The notes below the pieces were generated by a model. The model ran no database searches, had not been told where the DNA came from, and saw nothing but the letters and a program-made list of their open reading frames with translations. From Phoronis australis (Eukaryota > Animalia > Phoronida), in NCBI GenBank assembly GCA_002633005.1, contig NMRA01000646.1:160953-224952 (forward strand): a stretch of 64,000 nt of DNA. Direction: 5' to 3'. A program made the position numbers and the translations under genes. This document shows positions 12,001-64,000 of this stretch, piece after piece (the stretch's first letter is position 1; each line of letters opens with the position of its first letter).

Positions 12001-15000
12001 TGTCACAATGAGTTCAAGGATTGGGCCAGAGAGAATTGTGCTGATTACTGTGGACATTGTCCTGGTACATCTACTCCAAAGCCAAATCCTGGTACATCCA
12101 AAGCACCAGTGGCAAGTACAAAGGGACCCGTTGTTTCGCCGAAACCGGGTACTGGGATTGTCCCGAATCCAACAACAAGTAGACCAGGTGTGAGTAATAA
12201 ACCACCTTCACGGACCACCAGGAAGCCAGGTGTCACAGTGATTCCAGGTATATTATTCTGATATTTAGTATTTTTATTCTTAGGTCTTTCAAAGAATGCA
12301 AAGTGCATGGAAGTACCACTTGTTATTGAGATTGTATTTCATGTTTGAATTTGGTATACATCATGATCATGGATTCTGTATGTTGTTTATCTTGCATCGG
12401 TGTAATCCTGTGATTGTGTTTGGTGTTGAGTATTGGGTGATTAAGGACACTTTTGACCCTGCTTAGCAGGCTAAAACGAGAAGTTTAAAGTAGGTTTTTT
12501 ACTCTGACCAAGCCAGCCTCATAATATTCAATGCCATGGTAGGATTACATTATTTACATCACTGCCTCATTTGACAGTCAATAGGTACACGCATCTTTTT
12601 CGAGTTCTCCCTTTAGTGTTGGCTAACCACAGTTACCTCATCTGCATTCTTTGTGTCACTGATGGTCTCAGTGTTCTTTTTATAATGGAAAGGAAAACCC
12701 TATTGTAAGGAATATTGTGGAAATGATTATGTTTATAGGAATTGACCAAATTGGACCTTCGTTTTTACTCAGCTAAAGGGAGCAAAGTGTAATTTTATTC
12801 AAGCCATTTCCTTTTTTCTTCTAGGTTGTGTTGATAAGATTCCAAACTGTCACGACTATTCTCCTGATGTGTGTTTCAATGAGTACATGGATTGGGCCAA
12901 ACAGAACTGTGCTGACTTCTGTGGACATTGTGATGGTACATTCACTCCAAGGCCAAATCCTGGCACTACAAAATCTCCAGTTGCTAGTACAAAGGCACCC
13001 AATCCAAGAAGTAGCATTGTACCCAATCCATCTACCAAGAAACCAGGTAAGAACTTGGGATCACTTTGACATTCAAAAAGTAAACCATCAACTATGTTAA
13101 TGTTTAATATAACATGTTTTTACTAACGTGCTGTATAAAGTTAATCATTGATAGCTATTATCAATTTTACTTCTTGAGATTGTACTTCTAGCTAATTGTA
13201 ACCAGTGTTGTAGTGACATTTTTTACAATAATTACATCGAGGACTGTTGATCATTGTGGACATTGTACGTAATCCATCAACCAATTCAAGCTAACAGTTG
13301 AAACTTTGGAATCACCTTAGGCATGAACATGTACCATTTTCATGGACCATGCAGGCTGTTCAGTATAATGGGTATTGGCCGTGTGCATTAATTGTTGTGT
13401 TTGAAGTGTGGTTCATGTTTTTACAGTATTCAATCATTTAAGGGTTTGATTCAACTAATTTACTCACTAATAGGAAGTTAAGGGCACTATGTGTTGGTAT
13501 GATTGTCCTTCAGATTGTACTGACAAGAGAACTGATTGTCACCTGTATGGTAGTGACATTTGTCACAATGAGTTCAAGGATTGGGCCAGAGAGAATTGTG
13601 CTGATTACTGTGGACATTGTCCTGGTACATCTACTCCAAAGCCAAATCCTGGTACATCCAAAGCACCAGTGGCAAGTACAAAGGGACCCGTTGTTTCGCC
13701 GAAACCGGGTACTGGGATTGTCCCGAATCCAACAACAAGTAGACCAGGTGTGAGTAATAAACCACCTTCACGGACCACCAGAAAGCCAGGTGTCACAGTG
13801 ATTCCAGGTATATTATTCTGATATTTAGTATTTTTATTCTTAGATCTTTCAAAGAATGCAAAGTGCATGGAAGTACCACTTGTTATTGAGATTGTATTTC
13901 ATGTTTGAATTTGGTATACATCATGGTCATGGATTCTGTATGTTGTTGTTGATCTTGCATCGATGTAATCCTAGCTGTGATTGTGTTTGGTGTTAAGTAT
14001 TGGCTGATTAAGGGCACTTTTCACCCTGCTTAGCAGGCTAAAACGAGAAGTTTAAAGTAGGTTTTTTACTCTGACCAAGTCAGCCTCATAATATTCAGTT
14101 TCGTGGTAGGATTACATTATTTACATCACTGCCTCATTTCACAGTCAATAGGTACACGCATCTTTTTCGAATTCTCCCTTTAGTGTTGGCTAACCACAGT
14201 TACCTCATCTGCATTTTTTGTGTCACTGATGGTCTCAGTGTTCTTTTTATAATGGAAAGGAAACCCCTATTGTAAGGAATATTGTGGAAATGATTATGTT
14301 TATAGGAATTGACCAAATTGGACCTTCTATTTTACTCAGCTAAAGGGAGCAAAGTGTAATTTTATTCAAGCCATTTCCTTTTTTCTTCTAGGTTGTGTTG
14401 ATAAGATTCCAAACTGTCACGACTATTCTCCTGATGTGTGTTTCAATGAGTACATGGATTGGGCCAAACAGAACTGTGCTGACTTCTGTGGACATTGTGA
14501 TGGTACATTCACTCCAAGGCCAAATCCTGGCACTACAAAATCTCCAGTTGCTAGTACAAAGGCACCCAATCCAAGAAGTAGCATTGTACCCAATCCGTCT
14601 ACCAAGAAACCAGGTAAGAACTTGGGATCACTTTGACATTCAAAAAGTAAACCATCAACTATGTTAATGTTTAATATAACATGTTTTTACTAACGTGCTG
14701 TATGAAATTAATCATTGATAGCCATTATCAATTTTACTTCTTGAGATTGTACTTGTAGCTAATTGTAACCAGTGTTGTAGTGACATTTTTTACAATAATT
14801 ACATCGAGGACTGTTGATCATTGTGGACATTGTACGTAATCCATCAACCAAACTAACAGTTGTAACTTTGGAATCACCTTAGGCATGAACATGTACCATT
14901 TTTATGGACCATGCAGGCTGTTCAGTATAATGGGTATTGGCCGTGTGCATTAATTGTTGTGTTTGAAGTGTGGTTCATGTTTTTACAGTATTCAATCATT

Positions 15001-18000
15001 TAAGGGTTTGATTCAACTAATTTACTCACTAATAGGAAGTTAAGGGCACTATGTGTTGGTATGATTGTCCTTCAGATTGTACTGACAAGAGAACTGATTG
15101 TCACCTGTATGGTAGTGACATTTGTCACAATGAGTTCAAGGATTGGGCCAGAGAGAATTGTGCTGATTACTGTGGACATTGTCCTGGTACATCTACTCCA
15201 AAGCCAAATCCTGGTACATCCAAAGCACCAGTGGCAAGTACAAAGGGACCCGTTGTTTCGCCGAAACCGGGTACTGGGATTGTCCCGAATCCAACAACAA
15301 GTAGACCAGGTGTGAGTAATAAACCACCTTCACGGACCACCAGAAAGCCAGGTGTCACAGTGATTCCAGGTATATTATTCTGATATTTAGTATTTTTATT
15401 CTTAGATCTTTCAAAGAATGCAAAGTGCATGGAAGTACCACTTGTTATTGAGATTGTATTTCATGTTTGAATTTGGTATACATCATGGTCATGGATTCTG
15501 TATGTTGTTGTTGATCTTGCATCGATGTAATCCTAGCTGTGATTGTGTTTGGTGTTAAGTATTGGCTGATTAAGGGCACTTTTCACCCTGCTTAGCAGGC
15601 TAAAACGAGAAGTTTAAAGTAGGTTTTTTACTCTGACCAAGTCAGCCTCATAATATTCAGTTTCGTGGTAGGATTACATTATTTACATCACTGCCTCATT
15701 TCACAGTCAATAGGTACACGCATCTTTTTCGAATTCTCCCTTTAGTGTTGGCTAACCACAGTTACCTCATCTGCATTTTTTGTGTCACTGATGGTCTCAG
15801 TGTTCTTTTTATAATGGAAAGGAAACCCCTATTGTAAGGAATATTGTGGAAATGATTATGTTTATAGGAATTGACCAAATTGGACCTTCTATTTTACTCA
15901 GCTAAAGGGAGCAAAGTGTAATTTTATTCAAGCCATTTCCTTTTTTCTTCTAGGTTGTGTTGATAAGATTCCAAACTGTCACGACTATTCTCCTGATGTG
16001 TGTTTCAATGAGTACATGGATTGGGCCAAACAGAACTGTGCTGACTTCTGTGGACATTGTGATGGTACATTCACTCCAAGGCCAAATCCTGGCACTACAA
16101 AATCTCCAGTTGCTAGTACAAAGTCACCCAACCCAAGCACTGGCGTTGTACCCAATCCATCTACCAAGAAACCAGGTGGGATTTTGAAATCACCTTGACG
16201 TTCAATATAATAAACCATTTGTTATGGACCAAGCAGGTTTGTTGTTCAGTATAACCTGTCTTCACGGTTTGTGATGTGAAAGTTTTCATGGATAGGCTTC
16301 ATCAGTTTTCCTTTTGTTTTTAACATTACTTACAAGAGAGCTTATTATTGAAACAGTGTGGTAGTGACCTTTTTGGAATAACTGCAACAAATTGGACATA
16401 CAGGAGTGCGTTAATTATTGTGGATATTGCAGTTGTTATGCATTCTCTCCAAGGCCAAGTGCTGAAATGTCAAAAGCACTACTTGCCAGTACAAAATTTC
16501 TCGTCACAATGAAGCTAATTACTGACATTGTAACTAATGCGTCTACCAAACCACCAGGTGTAATTTTCGAATCATGTCAGCCATGAACAAGTACCAAGAG
16601 TTTTTGTTGGCCAAGCAAGCTGTTCAGTATGACATACTTTGGTCATGTGCATTAATTTTATTATTGTGTTTATTGTGTAGTGTATGTGTTTACGGTATCC
16701 AATCATTTAAGCATTTGGTTCAACTTAGTTGCTCATTTAGTGGAACTTAAAAATGATAGTTAACAGGCACTAACTTTGGTATCATTGTCGTTCAGGTTGT
16801 ACTGACAAGAGAACTGATTGTAACCAGTACACTAAGGAAGTATGTTACAATGAGTACATGGATTGGGCCAGAGAGAATTGTGCTGATTACTGTGGACATT
16901 GTTCTGGTACATTTACAAAAGGACCTGTTGTTTCGCCGAAACCGGCTACTGGGATTGTCCCTAATCCAACAACAAGTAGACCAGGTGTGAGTAATAAACC
17001 ACCTTCACGGACCACCAGAAAGCCAGGTGTCACATTGATTCCAGGTATTTTATTCTCATTTTTTCAATTAATTTTAGAAATTTATTTCTGTATATCGTTT
17101 GAAGAATGCAAAGTGTATGGAAGTATCATTAGTTACTGAGATTGTATTTCACATCTGACTTCAGTATAGATCATGATCACACATTTCGCCCCTTAATATT
17201 GGCTAACTGCAATCACCTCATCTGCATTTTTTGGGTCAGTGATGTTTTCAATGCTTTTGTTTAATAATGGAAAGGAAACCCTATTGCAGGGAATATTGTG
17301 GAAGCCATTATTATTGGAAAACGCCAAATTCGACTTGTTTCTTACTCACTCAAAAAGAGCAACGTGCAGTTTGATTCACGCATTTTCCTGTTTTCTTCTA
17401 GGTTGTGTTGATAAGATTCCGAACTGTCACAACTATTCTCCTGATGTGTGTTTCAATGAGTACAGTGATTGGGCCAAACAGAACTGTGCTGACTTCTGTG
17501 GACATTGTGATGGTACATTCACTCCAAGGCCAAATCCTGGCACTACAAAATCTCCAGTTGCTAGTACAAAGGCACCCAATCCAAGAAGTAGCATTGTACC
17601 CAATCCGTCTACCAAGAAACCAGGTAAGAACTTAGGATCACTTTGACATTCAAAAAGTAAACCATCAACTATGTTAATGTTTAATATAACATGTTTTTAC
17701 TATCATTCTGTATGAAATTAATCGTTGATAGCCATTATCAATTTTACTTCTTGAGATTGTACTTGTAGCTAATTATAACCAGTGTTGTAGTGACATTTTT
17801 TACAATAATTACATCGAGGACTGTTGATCATTGTGGACATTGTACGTAATCCATCAAGCAAACTAACAGTTGTAACTTTGGAATCACCTTAGGCATGAAC
17901 AGGTACCATTTTTATAGACCATGCAGGCTGTTCAGTATAATGGGTGTTGGCCGTGTGCATTAATTGTTGTGTTTGAAGTGTGGTTCATGTTTTTACAGTA

Positions 18001-18143
18001 CAATTTAAGGGTTTGATTCAACTATTTTACTCACTAATAGGAAGTTTAGGGCACTATGTGTTGATATGATTGTCCTTCAGATTGTACTGACAAGAGAACT
18101 GATTGTCACCTGTATGGTAGTGACATTTGTCACAATGAGTACG
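1..18143 (+). CDS. Gene 1 (partial, multi-exon): extracellular VWC-module + multi-ShKT protein with Pro/Thr/Ser/Lys-rich mucin-like linkers
   Basis: 21 phase-compatible GT/AG exons (the first is partial; ~4235 nt in total) plus a truncated 22nd. Contains 3 VWC-type modules and 14 intact ShKT (C-x6-C-x7-C-x10/11-C-x3-C-x2-C) domains. The 5' end lies outside the window and no normal 3' end is seen. Confidence 0.85.
806..920 (+). CDS. Gene 1 exon, VWC module 1 N-half (YCEYKGNKYNQGAKWRDGCLYNCECLDETNGYYQCTD)
   Basis: tgtag| acceptor, |gtaagt donor, phase 1-2. Confidence 0.9.
1349..1515 (+). CDS. Gene 1 exon, VWC module 1 C-half + linker (CPKYNNLPAQCVLETDPSNPCCKKPNC...)
   Basis: ttcaag| acceptor; weaker CAG|GTGATG donor; phase 2-1. 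Confidence 0.85.
2180..2311 (+). CDS. Gene 1 exon, ShKT domain (CVDKINSCNVYGKSVCTEYKEWATENCRDYCGLC)
   Basis: ttttag|...G|GTAAAC, phase 1-1, six-Cys ShK spacing; absent from the ORF track. Confidence 0.9.
2426..2563. mobile_element. Penelope-like (PLE) terminal fragment with inverted arms
   Basis: acggatttaaatcggcttgacatgt (2426-) is the imperfect reverse complement of acgtatcaagctggtttaaatccgt (-2560); contains a hammerhead motif. Confidence 0.5.
2440..2481 (-). ncRNA. Minimal type I hammerhead ribozyme (PLE/retrozyme type)
   Basis: Minus strand reads cuu-CUGAUGA-u-GGUGUUU-caau-AAACACC-GAAACAUGUC-aag: intact core, 7-bp stem II, palindromic ACAUGU stem III, GUC cleavage triplet; stem I is only 3 bp. 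Confidence 0.7.
3022..3142 (+). CDS. Gene 1 exon, VWC module 2 N-half (FCVYTDNRKFGQDETWEDGCKYRCKCEDADIGYYVCTD)
   Basis: ttccag|...AG|GTAGGG, phase 1-2. Confidence 0.9.
3342..3502 (+). CDS. Gene 1 exon, VWC module 2 C-half + linker (CKTYNNLPSFCQLVPDTADPCCRVPKC...)
   Basis: ctcag|...A|GTAAGT, phase 2-1. Confidence 0.9.
3502..3640 (+). repeat. 46-47 bp tandem repeat x3 starting at a splice donor
   Basis: agtaagtcaa...tggt.tgtaa.tattgc units at 3502, 3549 and 3595. Confidence 0.75.
4070..4312 (+). mobile_element. Degenerate copy of the foldback/MITE-like family also found at 18144-18750
   Basis: aaaaatggccag..gaatgaaggactg..gagtatttgttcaagttg..attaaagacat..aaggtgtccc..ggtttaatcagtgtgagg matches the reverse complement of 18526-18745. 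Confidence 0.65.
4415..4529 (+). CDS. Gene 1 exon, VWC module 3 N-half (YCEYKGTKYSKGATWKDGCSYNCECIDETTGYYECTD)
   Basis: ttacag|...|gtaagg; 115 nt paralogue of 806-920. Confidence 0.9.
4915..5063 (+). CDS. Gene 1 exon, VWC module 3 C-half + linker (CPTYNNLPPVCTLVQDPTNPCCKKPSC...)
   Basis: atgcag|...G|GTAAGC; paralogue of 1349-1515. Confidence 0.9.
6733..7345 (+). mobile_element. Helentron/DINE-1-like non-autonomous element (HINE), copy 1
   Basis: T-run + ATGCACCCAC (6738), GTCY microsatellite, internal degenerate repeats with cc(c)ctagtggc / ttcatgaaatt motifs. Confidence 0.65.
7670..7825 (+). pseudogene. Dead ShKT exon relic
   Basis: Translates DKRTDCH*CGTDIC*NQYREWAKENCEGYFGHC: two stops and lost cysteines. 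Confidence 0.8.
8019..8240 (+). CDS. Gene 1 ShKT+linker exon, type A (CTDKRSDCNQYGGDICYNEYMDWARENCADYCGHC...)
   Basis: ttgcag|...CAG|GTGGGA, 222 nt, phase 1-1. Confidence 0.85.
8410..8643 (+). pseudogene. Dead ShKT+linker exon relic (psi1)
   Basis: Acceptor lost and 5' half frameshifted; 3' half still reads CVNYCGYC..FSPRPSPEMSKALLASTK..NASTKPPG. Confidence 0.75.
8882..9130 (+). CDS. Gene 1 ShKT+linker exon, type B (CTDKRTDCNQYSREVCYNEYMDWARENC...)
   Basis: gttcag|...CAG|GTATAT, 249 nt, phase 1-1; donor choice uncertain. Confidence 0.85.
9711..9932 (+). CDS. Gene 1 ShKT+linker exon, type C (CVDKIPNCHDYSPDVCFNEYSDWAKQNCADFCGHC...)
   Basis: ttctag|...CAG|GTAAGA, 222 nt. Confidence 0.9.
10062..10180 (+). 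pseudogene. Highly decayed ShKT exon relic (psi2); further copies at ~11621, 13176, 14743 and 17753
   Basis: gattgtact..attgtaaccagt..gtagtgac..tgtggacattgt..aatccatcaaccaa follows the exon motifs in order, with deletions and stops. Confidence 0.65.
10395..10688 (+). CDS. Gene 1 ShKT+linker exon, type D (CTDKRTDCHLYGSDICHNEFKDWARENC...)
   Basis: cttcag|...CAG|GTATAT, 294 nt. Confidence 0.88.
11270..11491 (+). CDS. Gene 1 ShKT exon, type C copy 2
   Basis: 222 nt, intact splice sites. Confidence 0.88.
11954..12247 (+). CDS. Gene 1 ShKT exon, type D copy 2
   Basis: 294 nt, intact splice sites. Confidence 0.88.
12825..13046 (+). CDS. Gene 1 ShKT exon, type C copy 3
   Basis: 222 nt, intact splice sites. 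Confidence 0.88.
13514..13807 (+). CDS. Gene 1 ShKT exon, type D copy 3
   Basis: 294 nt, intact splice sites. Confidence 0.88.
14392..14613 (+). CDS. Gene 1 ShKT exon, type C copy 4
   Basis: 222 nt, intact splice sites. Confidence 0.88.
15076..15369 (+). CDS. Gene 1 ShKT exon, type D copy 4
   Basis: 294 nt, intact splice sites. Confidence 0.88.
15954..16175 (+). CDS. Gene 1 ShKT exon, C/A mosaic
   Basis: C-type acceptor and ShKT; A-type tail TKSPNPSTGVVPNPSTKKP and GTGGGA donor. Confidence 0.88.
16328..16558 (+). pseudogene. Dead ShKT exon relic (psi1 copy 2)
   Basis: Paralogue of 8410-8643. Confidence 0.75.
16796..17044 (+). CDS. Gene 1 ShKT exon, type B copy 2 (NQYTKEVC variant)
   Basis: 249 nt, gttcag|...CAG|GTATTT. 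Confidence 0.85.
17402..17623 (+). CDS. Gene 1 ShKT exon, type C (HNYSP/EYSDW variant)
   Basis: 222 nt, intact splice sites. Confidence 0.88.
18081..18143 (+). pseudogene. Truncated type D ShKT exon
   Basis: Intact acceptor and DCTDKRTDCHLYGSDICHNEY; homology stops abruptly at the repeat starting 18144; the frame stays open into the repeat until TGA at 18272-18274. Confidence 0.8.
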
Positions 18144-18750
18144 CCTATAGGAGCTGCATCGCCTCTGGTTCGGGCCAACAGAGGCGATGGTCATTGCCTA
18201 GAGTCAGGCTAGACAAGACAGTACCTGCGTCTCTACTTAGCACTACCAGTCCTACGTTACCGAACTTTTTTTGAACTGTCCTTCGAGTAGGAAGGAATTA
18301 AAGACATCGACGCCCTCCCAAGGTGTCCCTCTATGTGCAAAAGGTAAGCAACGTGACTTTGATGGTTTAATCAGTGTGAGGATAATTTGCCGAAAAACTT
18401 TCGCCACCTATTGGAGTACCACTGTCTGTACTGCAAAGTAGAAACGCTGGCACCGTCTACTCTGTACCTAGACAGTGACTACCATCTCTAGCTGGCCCCA
18501 GTAGAGGCAGTGAAGCTCCTATAGGAACTTCATACGCACTAAGCTTTTCAGTGAATTATGCCTCACACGGATTAAAAAGTCAAGTTGTTATAAGTACCTT
18601 TTGCGCGTAGAGGGTTACCTTAGGAAGCCGTCAATGTCTTTAATCCCTTCCAACTTGAACAAATACTCCTGTAATCATACTTTTTCTTCGGGCAGTCCTT
18701 CATTCATTTGGCGAAATGGGCAGCTGGCCATTTTTACCACGTGAACGCTC
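18144..18750. mobile_element. Foldback/MITE-like element with nested inverted repeats
   Basis: 18281-18435 is an imperfect reverse complement of ~18500-18660; 18144-18255 is an inverted copy of ~18415-18525 (cctataggagct...agctcctatagg). Confidence 0.7.
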
Positions 18751-19580
18751 CTATTTTTACTGCGCCTGCCTGGAGCGCTCACAATTTTAAAAAATGGCAA
18801 GTTGTCGATTTGGACTGCCCGAAGAAAAAGTTTGCTTCTTTGTGCTCGTCTTGAATTAAACATGTCATTACACAAGTTAACATGTATTGTTCAAAAAGTC
18901 AACATTTACTAATATAGTTGAAACACTTGTCAATCTTCACTCTCATGTAGAGTCTAGGTGTACTGTGACAGGCTTGTAAAACTTCACTCATATGTAGAGT
19001 CAACATGTACTGTGACAGACTTGTCAAACTTCACTCACACGTCAACATATACACCTCATTCACTCAGTCGCCATTTTGAAAGTGAGCCTCTTTTTAGGTT
19101 TTTAATGCATTCTGCGCTTAATCACTGCACAAAACATGATTTTTAGCGTGCTTCGTTATATTTGTGTCTCAAATGCATTGTTTTTTAAACCTAAAAAGAG
19201 GCTCACTACTTAAACGGTTACTGCGTGAATAAGGTGTATGTTGTGATAGACTAGTTAAGCTTCACTCAAATATGTAGTGTTTGGACAAGATGTTTAATAA
19301 TAAGCCCAATAACTGAGAAAATATGCACCTGGTTTTCTGTTTTTGATTAGAATTTTTTTTTCANATACATGTATTTTCAACATTTAAGGCCTTGGCCCTC
19401 ATGTTACATAAATGCCGTTGCAGGATGTATGTTTAATGTGCTCAGCAAACAATGGAATATCTTGATGGAAAACACAATGCGATGTCTGTTTTCTTGAGCG
19501 AATAAGTAGAAATTGTCCTGAATTTGGTGGAAGATGTGTGCTTTTGTAATGACACTGTAATAGCCTTGTTTACCATTCAG

Positions 19581-63074
<43,494 letters not shown>

Positions 63075-63849
63075 GTTTGTTTATGGCATGTAATTAACTA
63101 TTTGTACATGTTCCATCTATCCCTTCTCAACTCACCAGGGAGTGTGTCCCTAGTAGTGGGAGTGGCCTGTTTAGCTGCATCAGTATCACTTGTCATTCAA
63201 AGGACAGTCACTGTCATACTCTCATAGCATTTAGTTTCACCTAAATTAAGTGGAGTTAGAGCAGATTAGGCAGGATAACAATTCTCTTGTTCACATTACA
63301 AAAACCTCTAATTTAGTTTTAACTCCAAACATCAGTGATTTCTAAATCGAGACACGTTCAGGTATCAATCTAGTTATGTGTTCCCATGCTCTTTGGTCTG
63401 ACATCACTACACTTGCAGGACAATTATCTACCATGGTTCATAGTGTTACTATTTGATCTGGTATCACTACAGTTGCAGGTCAATTATCTACCACAGTTCT
63501 TAGTGTTAGAGGAGGCAGTGTCACCTAGTGCAATACGTGACCGCTGGGCCACCTTGGTCTTAACTATATATTAATAAAGCATAAAAATGGTTCCAGGTGA
63601 TCAGTGCAATGGGCCCACATGCGCTGCCTGCGCAAATCTGGTATGTGTATCAGACCGCCTGCAATTATTAGTGTTACTAAAACCATTCGTCTACGGGTAA
63701 TAGAGAACTTGAACTTAACACATCTATTTGGAATTGCCAATTTTTATTGTTAGTATTTCTTTGAGTAAAAATGATCTCAACTTTTTGTGAAGAATTCAAT
63801 TTCAGAAACCAAACATTTTAAGAAAATCGGTCCACGATGTATTTTAGCC

Positions 63850-64000
63850 GCTGTTTTATTGCTATGAAGCCATTGTTGTTTTATTGCTATGAAGCCATTG
63901 CTGTTTTATTGCTATGAAGCCATTGTTGTTTTATTGCTATGAAGCCATTGTTGTTTTATTGCTATGAAGCCATTGTTGTTTTATTGCTATGAAGCCATTG
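63850..64000 (+). repeat. 25-bp minisatellite x>=6
   Basis: gttgttttattgctatgaagccatt. Confidence 0.95.

Larger units (their letters stand above)
7670..18143 (+). repeat. Tandem ShKT exon-intron array; ~1560 bp unit (C exon, relic, D exon) in the centre, flanked by A/B-type units
   Basis: C exons start at 9711, 11270, 12825, 14392 and 15954 (period 1555-1567 bp) with near-identical introns. Confidence 0.95.

Noticed and set aside
8973-17615. Recurrent minus-strand and alternative-frame ORFs over the ShKT array (MHFAFFERSK..., MIVLQIVLTR..., MLIRFQTV...)
   Set aside because: Shadows of the real exons, repeated only because the DNA unit is repeated; no domain signal

Overview
AT-rich, intron-containing animal genomic DNA, most plausibly a lophotrochozoan such as a mollusc (the taxon is inferred). 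It is a draft assembly with single-n joins at 19364, 24527, 35458 and 35964 and N gaps at 51682-51920 and 55557-55697. Two incomplete + strand multi-exon genes fill the window; I traced their exons by hand using GT/AG boundaries and phase. Gene 1 (<1-18143) encodes an extracellular protein with three VWC-type modules, one ShKT domain, then a ~10.5 kb tandem array of 13 intact phase 1-1 'ShKT + Pro/Thr/Ser/Lys linker' exons. The array is interleaved with 8 dead exon relics and cut mid-exon by a foldback repeat. Gene 2 (19581->63074; 33 exons, 5830 nt, ~1943 codons in one frame) is an Uninflatable(Uif)/SVEP1-type cell-surface protein: CUB, sushi, EGF, HYR, GCC2/3 and an EGF array. It apparently lacks the discoidin domains of insect Uif and carries a C-type-lectin-like plus 2 PAN/apple cassette inserted in the EGF array. 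Introns hold a Helentron/DINE-like non-autonomous family, mariner and LINE relics, a Penelope-type hammerhead ribozyme and many minisatellites. Several minisatellites sit exactly on splice sites, including 12 in-frame copies of one 5' splice site. No rRNA, tRNA or CRISPR was found.
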